64,000 nt of DNA, from NCBI RefSeq assembly GCF_006345805.1, contig NC_043001.1:92008001-92072000 (forward strand), written 5' to 3'. Positions 1-11,571 of the stretch are shown here, one piece after another. The notes under the pieces were generated by a model. It saw nothing but the letters and a program-made list of their open reading frames with translations. It ran no database searches and was not told where the DNA came from. This DNA is from Octopus sinensis (taxonomy: Eukaryota). The position numbers were made by a program, and so were the translations under genes. The stretch's first letter is position 1; the number at the start of each line of letters is the position of its first letter.

Positions 1-24
1 TCATACAAAATATACTGTGATCCA

Positions 25-258
25 GGCGGCGAGCTGGCAGAAACGTTAGCACACCGGGCGAAATACTTAGCGGTATTTCGTCTGCCGGTACGTTCTGAGT
101 TCAAATTCCGCCGAGGTCGACTTTGCCTTTCATCCTTTCGGGTTCGATAAATTAAGTACCAGTTACGCACTGGGGTCGATGTAATCGATTTAATCCCTTT
201 GTCTGTCCTTGTTTGTCCCCTCTATGTTTAGCCCCTTGTGGGTAATAAAAAAAATAAG
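25..258 (+). mobile_element. SINE family A (tRNA-like head GGCGGCGAGCTGGCAG, central GCCTTTCATCCTTTCGGGGTCGATAAA domain), full copy with TSD
   Basis: A-box-like TGGCAGAAACGTTAG and B-box GAGTTCAAATTCC. 15-bp TSD with 1 mismatch (10-24 atatactgtgatcca / 259-273 atatacagtgatcca). More than 15 homologous copies in the window. Confidence 0.9.
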
Positions 259-514
259 ATATACAGTGATCCAGTTTGATCATGTAGTACCTCTGATATT
301 GATCTACCAACAAGGACTTGCAATCAAATTGTAGAGATGCCATTTTTCTCAGTAAAACTCTTGATTCCTTGAATAAGAATCAATCGTATGCCTTGGATAA
401 TGTCTTTCATAGTTCCAACTAATGTTTCAGTGTATTTCCAAACTTTTTCAACAAACTGATAGAACTTGAAGCTTACTAGAACTTGAAGCTTACTAGCTTC
501 AAGTTCTATCAGTT

Positions 515-650
515 TGTTGTGTGGACGCCCCCAGGCGATGAAGTAGAGTAGCCCAATACATAGATATAGAGGAAGTCTAGACGTCAAGAGAGTCGAGTCG
601 AGTTGAGTAGAAGGCATCCGAACGTGTGACACAACAGTGGCGACGAGGAT
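515..650 (+). mobile_element. Short 5' LTR (515-636) plus primer-binding site (638-650) of an LTR retrotransposon
   Basis: TGTTGTG...CACAACA inverted termini, followed by TGGCGACGAGGAT, complementary to the 3' end of tRNA-Ser(GCU). Second copy at 21233-21365. Confidence 0.75.
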
Positions 651-1050
651 TTCGTAGCACACACAGCCACTGTGTAGTATTGCGATATAACACAGTTCCA
701 CATAACTTACTGCTTCGTGCAGAAAATAGTTGTTTTAACATCGATGTTTTGTGCTTCTCATGTCCTGGATAGTCTATCCACTATATCATATTCTGTTAAT
801 GAGAAACACTTTATAACTGCTTTGTGAACTAGATTGACTTTTTCCAGTGTTAAAAGTAAAAGTATTAATATGCATGAAACGTTTGCAAAACATTGCTATT
901 TGTCAGTGTTTTAGGTAAGCTAAACATAAAGTTTAATACATTTACAATTGAAGTCACTCTAATTCCTCTCGACACCAAATTTCTTTCGTTTATCATAAAA
1001 TATGAATAAAAAATTCGCTGAACCATGTGATTGGGAAACACGGTTCTTAC

Positions 1051-1069
1051 CGCACACCAACACCTGCGC
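1051..1069 (-). other. Candidate 19-nt microexon (unverified)
   Basis: Minus strand: ctgac branch-like site, gtttgttttctttttatatag acceptor, GCGCAGGTGTTGGTGTGCG, gtaaga donor. No recognisable peptide. Confidence 0.25.
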
Positions 1070-1531
1070 CTATATAAAAAGAAAACAAACGTCAGATAAT
1101 CTTGTCGTAGGTATATAATGCCTGAATAAAAGTTTGGAAGATCATGGCATGAACTACTTCAATGATAAGTTTTATCTTTAAGTTGATATAAGGGCTTCTT
1201 CTTCGCGGAACTGGACGATCTCGTACTGTTATCACCTCTGGCAACTCCGATTCAATAGTGTCTCCACCTTTTGTCACTTTTGCTGTGTCAAACCTCATTT
1301 CCATGCGTTAATAACTATGCGCGATTTATTTTACCCTCAAATATCGTCACACTTGTATCTCCTCTTTGCATGTGTCCTTAATGCAAATGCTGACCTGCGA
1401 TAATTTTAACCAGGGCATAAACGGGATCAAACCTCACCAGTCTCGGAGGACTTGCAAGTATTATGTACCCTACCCCTTCTTGCAAACTTAGCGAGTAAAA
1501 GAAACGAGCTTAGAGCAAGACAGCAGCAACA

Positions 1532-1926
1532 GTGGAGGCGCAATGGCCCTATGGTTAGGGCAGCGGACTCGCGGTCGGAGGATCGCGGTTTCGATTCCAA
1601 GATCGGGCGTTGTTTGTGTTTATTGAGCGAAAACATCTAAAGCTCCACGAGGCTCCGGCAGGGGGTGGTGGCGACTCTTGTTATACTCTTTCGCTCCAAC
1701 TTTCTCTCACTCTTTCTTCCTGTTTCTTGTCCCCGACTTCCTACGCAACCGCTGAGCCTGGATGCGCATTCATCCATCTGTCGATGCTCTCGGTGTCGGG
1801 GCTTGACCTGCTTTCTCTTCTGCGGGTCTTACGAATAGCAAAGGACCACGTTTCGGACTCCTCCCATCTTGCGAGCTCTGGGACGAAGACCCTTCGCTCA
1901 ACAGCAACAGCAACAGCAGCAACAAT
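1532..1926 (+). mobile_element. SINE family C (tRNA-like head GTGGAGGCGCAATGG), tail type 1 ending in (CAA/CAG)n
   Basis: A/B boxes (TGGTTAGG, GGTTTCGATTCC). Near-identical over about 370 bp to 9560-9957 on the minus strand. Confidence 0.9.
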
Positions 1927-2202
1927 AAGAAAACGACAACAGCAATTGCTACTACTACTACTACTACTTCTACTCCCACCACTACTACTGCTGCTGATGC
2001 AGCATATATATCTATATATCTATATTTATATCTATATCTGTTTATACATACATACATAGATACAAGTACTTGTGTTTCTGCGTGATCTCAGTCCACGGCT
2101 AGACAACCTGTGTTAGTTTGTTTACCTCCTTCTTAGTTAGCTGTTCAGCAAAAGAGACCGATAGACTACCAGATTATAATTTAAAACAAGTAAAAGAGAA
2201 AG

Positions 2203-2203
2203 G

Positions 2204-2256
<53 letters not shown>

Positions 2257-2292
2257 TTTCTGCTACTACTACCACTACCACCACCACCGCCA
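2203..2292. repeat. (TAC)n/(CAC)n microsatellite
   Basis: Direct trinucleotide run. Confidence 0.95.
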
Positions 2293-2699
2293 CCTCCAAT
2301 ATTGAAAGGTTGCAAGACGCAAAGAAAATTTTAGAAAAAAATAAATAATCAAATGAGTGGAAATCGATACCTACGTCTATTTTTAGAAACTTGACCATTA
2401 TATCTTATTCTCCCCTTCCTTTTTGAGATTTACTATTCACTTTAGTACACCCAACCCCGTACCATTTTCTTTACCTATCTCCCCACCTCAGTGCTTTCAA
2501 ACGTATCACCTCACCTTCCACTTCTCACACATATTCCTTCCTTACATTCTTATCTCTTGCTCCTATCCCTCCGCTATTCTTTTTATCTTGAAATCTCTCC
2601 TCTACCATCCCCTTCACAATATATTGACCACCATCTAGCACTCCTTTTTTTCATTTTTCTTCCCCTTTCTTTCTTCTTTCCTCTCCTATTCTTTTGACT

Positions 2700-3200
2700 A
2701 ATACCATTCTCTTCCTAGCATACATATCTATTCTCTTCTCGCTACCTACTTACCCCTACCAGTACGTTCCCAACATTTCATTCCCACGGCAAGACCCCTT
2801 TGAATGGACAGCACATGGAATTTATGTCTCCACACTATCCATTTGTAATAACAAAATGTGAACTCCTATCAGAATGTACATGCCACGGTCAAGAAGCATT
2901 TCTGCCCGTTCTACACAGCACTTTCATTGGATAAGGGAACTGCAACCGTAACATCTTACATGTATTTTTACTTTTATTTTTATTCCCTTATTTCCCTTTA
3001 TACTTCCTAGATCCACCCTTTTCCAAAATAATTCCTTTTATAGAACTCTACTATTTCCCTCTAGTTAACTCTCTCATATCGTCTTTGATGAAGGGATATC
3101 CTTAATATCCCAGAAACAGCTGTCAGACTACCTTTCTCTTTATAAATATCCTATAAATTCAACACAGCATTGGCTTTGCTGTCTCACTTTATTTAACACA
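2700..3200 (+). mobile_element. Penelope-like element 3' remnant with pLTR
   Basis: Degenerate HWIRELQP peptide near 2920-2950 resembles a GIY-YIG C-terminus. It is followed by an HHR motif and a tail related to 6118-6300 and 10612-10810. Confidence 0.55.
3081..3128 (+). ncRNA. Minimal type-I hammerhead ribozyme motif (core variant UUGAUGA)
   Basis: GTCT-TTGATGA-AGGGATAT(cctta)ATATCCC-A-GAAAC-AGCT-GTC-AGAC: stems I, II and III all pair. Confidence 0.7.
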
Positions 3201-3247
3201 CACACATACACGCACACACACACTCTCACACACACACGCACACACAA

Positions 3248-3278
<31 letters not shown>

Positions 3279-3327
3279 CATACATACGTACATACGCACA
3301 TATATATATGTATGTATATGTGTGTAC

Positions 3328-3366
<39 letters not shown>

Positions 3367-3397
3367 CATATACATACATATATACATACATATATAT

Positions 3398-3432
<35 letters not shown>
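3200..3432. repeat. Compound (CA)n/(TA)n microsatellite
   Basis: Direct. Confidence 0.95.
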
Positions 3433-3759
3433 AATATCGTTGCTATTATGCAAAAGTATTGTAAGTCCGAAACATTGCTTTTTCAGAAAACGAAAAAACG
3501 GTTTCACCATTCCTTTTCTTTTTATATTAGCAACAAATTTGGCTTAACAATAATACTTTGTTTGGTACATAAAATCGTCACTCCATGCTTGTATATTTTG
3601 AGCCAGAAATATTTTTGCAAAACTGTCGTATGTGGGACTTACTACATTTTTGGAAAATGTTAAACCGCTGTTCTATACTTTTGACAATTTTCATATTTTA
3701 GCATCTGAAACAGCTGGAGATATGACAGTTTGACCAAAAGAACTGGCTATTGCAAGTAA

Positions 3760-3900
3760 TATACATACATACATACATACATACATACATACATACATAC
3801 ATACATACATACATACATACATACATAATACATGCATGCATACATACATACATACATACATGCATGCATGTATGCATACATACATGCACACATACATGTG
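3760..3900. repeat. (TACA)n microsatellite
   Basis: Direct. Confidence 0.95.
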
Positions 3901-4102
3901 TGTGTCTATCTTTGACATCCCAACCCAGGCTTGACCCCCCCCCCCCAGTGTTAGTTTGTTCACGTTCTAGTTATTAGCTATTCAGCAAGAGAGAACGATC
4001 GAAAATGTACCAGATTAAAATAAGATTTTAAAAAATAAGAAGTATTGGCGCCGATTTTTTCAACTAAAACGTGGCCGCAATCCAATGGCTGAAACAAGTA
4101 AA

Positions 4103-4103
<1 letters not shown>

Positions 4104-4147
<44 letters not shown>

Positions 4148-4276
4148 CACTACTACTACCACCACCGCCACCATACCGCTACTACTACTACTATAACCAC
4201 CACCATACCAACACTACTATTACTACTACTATTACTACTATAGCCACTACCACCACCACCACCACCACCACCACCT

Positions 4277-4335
<59 letters not shown>

Positions 4336-4348
4336 GCTGCTGCTGCTA
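4104..4348. repeat. (TAC)n/(CAC)n/(TGC)n microsatellite
   Basis: Direct. Confidence 0.95.
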
Positions 4349-5126
4349 GTGGTTTTAGTACTGGGCCGCATTTTTCAACTGTAGTGTTATCAATAACAAT
4401 CCCGTTTTCCGTTTAACTGACATAAATAAAGTTGTGTGTAACTTTAAAAAGAGAAGAATTTATAGTCGGTAAAAGTTGAAAGCATGTTTACTTGGCGCCG
4501 ATGGTATAAAGACTTGATGGCGTGAGAATAGAAGTCACCTAATGAACAATGTGCTTAGGAGTGTAGCAAAGGAAAAAAAATACAAAAGCATTGTCTTTAG
4601 AAATGTAAATATATTAAATACAGTCATAATTATTAATACCACAGATTATAATGAAGCTTTTAAATTACTTATACATTAGAATACAAGGCAAACTTCGTTT
4701 CCACTTAATAAGATTTTTTCTAAGAATTGTTGTATAAGACCACTCCTTATTTGAGGTTAAGCTCTGAGGTTAAGCTCATCATATATTCGAACTTATATAA
4801 GTTTACTTATTTATTATGCTATATATATTGTAATAAAATTATTAGCCAAACCCACTAAAATATGACATACGTACATACATGCAATATATATATATATATA
4901 TACATATGCATTAAACATACATTCATGCATGCATACACGCACTCTCACACATATATACTCATACATGCATACACATATACATAAAACACACATACACGCA
5001 CGCGCATACACTCACTCACTCGCACACACACACACACGAAGCCTGTCCAAGAAGGACTTGTAATCTTAAGCGGAGCGCCAGCATGTCGGCGCACCGTGCC
5101 CACGACTGCGATACAGTATAATGAAA

Positions 5127-5541
5127 GTGGTGAGCTGGCAGAATTGTTAGCACGCCGGTCGGAATGCTTAGTGGTATTTCGGCTGCCGCTACGTTCTGAG
5201 TTCAAATTCCGCCGAGGTCGACTTTGCCTTTCATCCTTTCGGGGTCGTTAAATTAAGTACCAGTTACGCACTGGGGTCAATGTAATCGACTTAATCCGTT
5301 TGTCTGTCCTTGTTTGGCCTCTCTGTGTTTAGCCCCTTGTGGGTAGTAAAGAAATAGGTATTTTGCCTGCCGCTACGTTCTGAGTTCAAATTCGGCCGAG
5401 GTCAACTTTGCCTTTCATCCTTTCGCGGTCGATAAATTAAGTACCAGTTACGCACTGGGGTCGATGTAATCGTCTTAATCCCCATGTTTGTCCTTGTTTG
5501 TCCCCTCTATGTTTAGTCCCTTGTGGGCAATAAAGAAATAA
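5127..5541 (+). mobile_element. SINE-A dimer
   Basis: One head plus two body/tail units (second starts about 5358). Flanked by gatacagtataa at 5110-5121 and 5542-5553. Confidence 0.9.
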
Positions 5542-5584
5542 GATACAGTATAAGGGTGATCTTGATATTTACTCGTGTAATAGT

Positions 5585-5795
5585 CCCTCCTACTATAGAA
5601 ACGATATATTAGGGGTAGAAGAATGTCGATTACATTGACCTCCAGTATTTAACTGGTACTTACTTTATCGATCCCGAAAGGTTGCAGAGCAAAACCGAAC
5701 TCACCAAATTTTGAACTCAGAAAGTGAAAATAGACGAAATGCCTCAGCATTTTGCCAGGCGTGCTAACGATGCTGCCAGATCACCGCCTTCATAT
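5585..5795 (-). mobile_element. Old diverged SINE-A copy
   Basis: Homology to SINE-A head and central domain. Confidence 0.7.
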
Positions 5796-5944
5796 TTGCT
5801 CTAGTAATTATATTATGCCATTTATTTAATTATCAATTTATACGGTTTAGAGTGAATACCTGTTTCGCACCCTTGGCTAAGTTGTAGCAACTTGAACAGC
5901 AATTCGCGTGAAATTTGGTTTTGTTACAAATTCGGAAAATTTTT

Positions 5945-6445
5945 CAAGAAGTGGCCGTGTGGTAAAGTGTTTGCTTTCCAACCACATGGTTCCGGGTCCA
6001 ATCCAGCTGCGTGGCACATTGGGCAAATGTCTTCTACTATAGTCCTGCGCCAACCCAAGCTCTGTGAGTGGATTAGGTAGACGAAAACTGAAACAGATCC
6101 GTATATATATATATTTTTTTTCCTCCACCTCACTCTCTATTTTATATCTTATCTAAATTAACTATTTCTTAACTATCCTCTCGCATCGTCTCCAATGAAG
6201 GGATATCCTGGAAACAGCTGTAAGACCTTCCATCTATAAATGTTCTAATATCTACACAGCCTTGGCTTTTTTTTATCTCATTACGCAAAAAATTCTTATA
6301 TACACACGCTGATATATGACCAACGTTAAACCCCTTATTCGCAAAATTACCGAACCTGGAACTTAACTACGGTCTATCCATATCACTTATTCAGCATTAC
6401 CTGACACCTTTGGGTCTCAATGACACCATTACCTCTCATAACATA

Positions 6446-6520
<75 letters not shown>

Positions 6521-6800
6521 GTATTTGTGTGTGTGTGTGTGTGTGCGTGTGTGTGTGAGCATGTGCGCGCACTCGCGTGTGTGTGCGCACTTTTGTGTCT
6601 GAGTTTGTCTCCCACCAACGCTTGACTATTTGTGCTCGTATGTTTACGTCCCCGTAACTTAGCAGTTCGAGCGATAGATTAAGTACCAGAGTTATAAATA
6701 AATATGCACCAAGGCTGATTCATCTGACTAACAATTTCAGCAAAGCGGTGCCTCAGTGTGGCCACAGTTTAATGACTGAAACAAGTAAAAGATAAAAAGA
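5945..6800 (+). mobile_element. SINE family B (tRNA head + CORE-like GTGGCACCTTGGGCAAGTG + internal microsatellite + tail GCGGTGCTCCAGCATGGCC...GAAACAAGTAAAAGA), split by insertions
   Basis: Head 5945-6115, tail 6590-6800. Same order as the intact copy at 22180-22570. Confidence 0.75.
6118..6300 (+). mobile_element. Penelope-like pLTR with degenerate HHR (6188-6226)
   Basis: GTCT-CCAATGA-AGGGATATCCTG-GAAAC-AGCT-GTA-AGAC. Homologous to 10612-10810. Confidence 0.65.
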
Positions 6801-7649
6801 TAGAAGATAGGAGACTAAAAGATAACTTCATATAACATCTATTATACACTGGAGCATTATGATATTAACTATGTATATTACTTAGAGATACAGTAATGCT
6901 TTACAATCAATTTGGAACGTCAGATTTGTGAGCCAGTCGATAAATATTTTATGCATTCTAATCCGTTTGTCTGTCAGATCAGCTATTATATTTCTCTCAT
7001 AATTATGATTTAACACACACACATACACATGTCAACCCGTCATTTTTGTAATGTATGATCGGAATGCTAAATCGAAAGAATATTGTCGTAAATTTTCAGA
7101 CACCATCGTAAAACTAACCGACGTAGGAAGACTGATTATATTTTCAAAACAAAAGCTAAAATATTTGACATTTGAGCTTAGCAATTTCAATATGTTCCTA
7201 ATGTAGCAACGATAACCAAAGACAACTTCGATTGGCTAAGTTTGCTGTCCGTGGAATGTCCGTAGATTGTCAAAATGACGCCACTCTACATGATACAACG
7301 CTGACACTCTTCGCCAACAACAAGCGCTTCATTCTTTACATTCTTCATATTATTCAATGAAAGTCTATGGTATTCATTTACTACAGGTAGCAAGCAAAAC
7401 ATGACTTAACATGCCAAGCATTCACACAGACAGATACTTTACAAGCATGCGTTTATGTATGTATGTATGTATGTATGTATGTATGTATGTATGTATGCAT
7501 TCATGGAAGGATGGCTGGATGTATATATGTATGTCTGTATGAATATAAGGATATATGTGTATTTGTGCATATTTACCTCTCTCTCTCTCTCTCTCTCCTC
7601 TCTCCCACTTTATATGTATGTATGAATGCAAATGTATGTACGTATGTGT

Positions 7650-7680
<31 letters not shown>

Positions 7681-7799
7681 GGTGGGTGTATGTGTGGGTA
7701 TGTATGATCCTATTTTATATTATTGAGTGTAGTTGACATGAATGATAAACCTAACATATTTGGTGTATGTGCGTGAGCTGCGCTCATAACATTCAGAAT

Positions 7800-8494
7800 A
7801 TTCGCTACTACAACATTATCCGGAGTCCTGTTTATGGGTCTAATCTATGTTGACAGTACAGTTCACAAATTTGTGGTCTGTATGGTCGACGACTTTGAAT
7901 TGTGGATAACTTATGCTACATCTGTCCCTTGGCCAATAGAATATTCTTTCTAGATACGAGCTGGAAGATCCGATGCTGTTTTCCCATGTCCACAATGGCG
8001 TATTTGAGAAATTCCGTCGGCACCTATCACCCAGTTGGAAGCGGTTGAACAGGTTTGTGAGGATTTTACATTCCCCTATACTATCGGTTAGCCCCTCGCT
8101 ATCCAGGCGTGCATCCAAGACGGTGTTCTTGTTGCCCACTAGAACTAAATAGCGAGACGCTCCACAGAAAACCTCCAAACGTCTGAAGAAATCCGGCTGC
8201 ATCACTTTCGCTATTACTCACATCCAGGACCATCAGTTTACCACTCGGATCCATGAAAATCGTCCGTTCCATCGAGATCCAGGCCTTTCTAACCAGAACT
8301 TCCACCTCGCCACCCATTCCAGAATGACTAAGAGATGTGTAGATCTCAAAGTCGTCAAAAATGAGCGCTAGTGTGCGCGTGTCGGTTACTCTGCTCTCAC
8401 TTACGGCTATCACATCCAAACCCAGCAAGCGACCTTGTTTCTAGGACGACCCCAAGCCAGTTACATTTATGCAACTTATTCTGATATTCACCAT
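7800..8494 (-). pseudogene. L1/Tx1-like LINE ORF2 N-terminal APE endonuclease, disrupted
   Basis: ATG at 8494 gives MVNIRISCINVTGL...LDVIAVSESRV...GKLMVLDVS...YLVLVGNKN...YLERIF...TDHKFV, matching the APE motif order. Has a stop and a frameshift. No RT follows. Confidence 0.85.
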
Positions 8495-8497
8495 GTT

Positions 8498-8504
<7 letters not shown>

Positions 8505-8532
<28 letters not shown>

Positions 8533-8533
8533 G

Positions 8534-8566
<33 letters not shown>

Positions 8567-8575
8567 TTGAGAAAA
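8505..8575. repeat. (GA)n microsatellite in the ORF1-ORF2 spacer
   Basis: Direct. Confidence 0.95.
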
Positions 8576-8829
8576 CGGAAAAGAGTGGGGATGCTTAACT
8601 CCCCGTGCCGTCGGCGGTCAGTTGAATCAAACTCCAAGTTCCATTGGAGTTCCATTGGGAACCCCTTTAAAAGTCTGCTCGTTGTGTTTACATTCGGGGT
8701 TTCAGCGTCGTGTGGGAAACCTCCCCAATGTTCTTGTTCGCACTAACATTAAATCATCTGGCACTTTAAAAGTGCTGATGATATAAATTGCACCCCTCTT
8801 TGTATATCTTTATTTCGTGCTTTAAGGTC

Positions 8830-10400
8830 ATCAATTCATCGTTGGCTCTGCTCACAGACAAAAAGTTTAGTGTCTGTGCGTTTGAGGGTTGATGTGCGGA
8901 GAAAATAGGGTTGTAATTGTGTTGGTGGTACTGGTGGTACTGGTGGTACTGGTGGTACTGGTGGTACTGGTGGTACTGGTGGTAGTAGCGGTGCTTTTGT
9001 TGATGGTCGTGGAAGTTGCAGGGTTGATGGTACTTTTGATGTGTCAGTGATTGTTGTGATATTTCCTATATTTTCTGTTGTGTGTGTTAGTGTGAGATCA
9101 GGTGATTTTGTGTCTCCTTTTTTTTTTGTTTCTTGGGTTTTGGGGGTTCCTCCTCGTCTTCGGGATATGGAGGAACCAGTCTCTATGGAATCTGTTTCGG
9201 GGTGTGCAAGTGTGTTTGTGTTTGTGTGAGTGTGCAAATGTGTTTGTGAGTGTATGAGTGTATATTTGAGAGAGGTGGAGAAGAATTTGTTTGAGAGGCG
9301 CCCCATGTGGTTCTTTCCATTGTTTTTTCATGTTGCTATTGGCGGTGATGGTGATACTGGAGTTGCTGTGGCTGTTGTCTTCCCAACAGCTTTCGTTGTT
9401 GTTGTATCTGCAGGTTTTATTGATTTCCCAGGATCTGGTGTAATTGTTAGTGTTGCTGTTATGGATGTGGGTGACAGTAATTTTGGTGTTCCAGCTGTTT
9501 CAACTGTTATTGTTGTTGTTGTTACTGAAGATGAGGCTGCGAGTGTGGCATACTGGCTTTGTTGTTGTTGTTGCTGTTGCTGTTGCTGTTGAGCGAACGG
9601 TCTTCGTCCCAGAGCTCGCAAGATGGGAGAAGTCCGAAACGTGGTCCTTTGCTATTCGTAAAACACGCAGAAGAGAAAGCAGGTCAAGCCCCGACACCGA
9701 GAGCATCGACAGATGGATGAATGCGCATCCAGGCTCAGCGGTTGCGTAGGAAGTCGGGTACAAGAAACAGGAAGACAGAGTGAGAGAAAGTTGGAGCGAA
9801 AGAGTATAACAGGGGTCGCCACCACCCCCTGCCGGAGCCTCGTGGAGCTTTAGGCGTTTTCGCTCAATAAACACACACAACGCCCGATCTGGGAATCGAA
9901 ACCGTGATCCTCTACCGCGAGTCCGCTGCCCTAACCATTGGGCCATTGCGCCTCCACTGTTGTTGCTGTTGTTGAGGGTGCGCTGCAGATAGTAGCGGTA
10001 GCGTCATGCCTCCTATCTTTCTGTGGACAGAAGGCTCTAAGTTGTTTGTGGCCCCACAAAGGGTGCATGTAGGCTTTCTACTTTTTACGATATCACATAG
10101 TTCGACTTCGTTGAACAGCCATATAAGGTTCGGCACTTCTATGTTTTCAGGTTTCATATGAAGCAGGATATCTATGTTTATCCTGGCACGCAACAGTTCC
10201 CTCTGCTGCTTCGTTTGTTTTTTTCGAAGTGTCTCTGTGTCCTCTAATACCACGCAGGCCATGACCAGCCAGGCAGAACACCCTATATCCTTAACCTGGC
10301 AGTTGTTCTCGAGAGGTATATCGGATATGAGACTCACTCAGAGTCAAAGGTTTGTATTTAAATACAAACCTTTTGACTCTGCAACACTGTATATAAATTC
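8830..10400 (-). pseudogene. Putative ORF1 (gag-like) of the same L1/Tx1-like element, interrupted by SINE-C
   Basis: RKPTCTLCGATNN degenerate zinc knuckle (about 10030-10080), then Thr/Pro-rich low complexity with (PPV)n. Same strand as, and directly upstream of, the ORF2 EN. Confidence 0.6.
9560..9957 (-). mobile_element. SINE-C, tail type 1, inserted in a CAA/CAG tract
   Basis: Near-identical to 1532-1926, with CAA/CAG repeats on both sides. Confidence 0.9.
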
Positions 10401-10611
10401 TCTATTTGGAATGACCAAGTTTTAAAATCTGCTGGATCTCACTCATAAGGGAATCTTACATTGCGTATAAACTCTATATTTGGAAGAACCCATTTTAAAC
10501 TCTGTTGGACTTTTGGACTTTACTCATAGGATATTGGAATATTGCATATATACCATTATGCCAAAAAAAAATGGATTTACAACTTCAATACCCATACATA
10601 TCTTGCATCTA

Positions 10612-10810
10612 TTTTCTTTCCTCCACCTCACTCTCTATTTTGTATCACATCTAAACTAACTATGACTTAACTATCCTCTCACACCGTCACCGATGAAGGG
10701 ATATTATTAATAAATATCCTAGAAACAGCTGTAAGACCTTCTATCTATAAATGCTGTAATATCTACACAGCCTTGGTTTTTTGTCTTATTACGCAAAAAA
10801 TTCTTGTATA
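10612..10810 (+). mobile_element. Penelope-like pLTR with HHR variant (10686-10737, core CCGAUGA)
   Basis: GTC-A-CCGATGA-AGGGATATT...AATATCCT-A-GAAAC-AGCT-GTA-AGAC. Confidence 0.7.
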
Positions 10811-10853
10811 TATATATACGCATTCGTGCATATGCACCCGTACACGCGCTTCG

Positions 10854-10903
<50 letters not shown>

Positions 10904-11571
10904 TGTGTGTGTGTGTGTGTGTGTGATGTTATTGTTATTACCTGACCTATCCTAACAGCTGTCGTTATTGCTTGGGTCAATGCAAACTATCACTGTTGCT
11001 GCTTCTGTCACCAACGACAACTGACATTCACTACCACAACTATGGTAGTCAACAGCCCCGCTAAATAGTGTATTATACCCTGCTGTGCTACCTCCGTAAA
11101 CTTATCTTACTGAGTCTAGATCTTACAATAATTTATAGCTCTACAGCTGTGGGTTTCAACTCTGTGGTATAAAATTTTGTTGTTAAAATTTATGTGTAAA
11201 GAAATTAGAAGGAAAACGCAAAATATTCTAACAATTTTTTTAATGCTATTCTTAATGATTTTTAATTATAAAAGCATTTGATAATGCCAGCGAGGGTCTG
11301 CCTGAGTGAAATATGACTCAAAGGGGTTCATCGGTGAAAAATGGTGGTGAACCGATGTTCTATAGCCATGATACGACACTGGTGCTTATGTGGTTGTTTT
11401 ATCTGCTAGAAATAATTGGGGAAAATTTCTTCAAAATTAAACTCCTGTCTAACATAAGAGAAATTATATACGACTATGTAGGTATCTGTATGTGTGTGTA
11501 GATAAGTGTGTGTGTGTGTGTGTGTGTTTGTGTATCTCTGTGTGTATGTGTGCATGTGCGTATATATACGT

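Noticed and set aside
324-701. 125-aa minus ORF
   Set aside because: It runs antisense through the LTR, PBS and fold-back junction; chimeric, with no domain
1610-2059. 149-aa ORF and its twin 9500-9946
   Set aside because: The similarity is due to two SINE-C copies; not a gene family
3643-3704. Minus-strand AG...GTAAGT bracket
   Set aside because: Stops in all three frames from the acceptor; no support
3140-3977. YI/CV/HT/MYVC-repeat ORFs (here and throughout the window)
   Set aside because: Translations of (TA)n, (CA)n and (TACA)n microsatellites
4492-4538. 47-nt minus-strand exon-like bracket (GDFYSHAIKSLYHRRQ or VTSILTPSSLYTIGA)
   Set aside because: Plausible signals but an unrecognised peptide; such brackets are expected by chance in 64 kb
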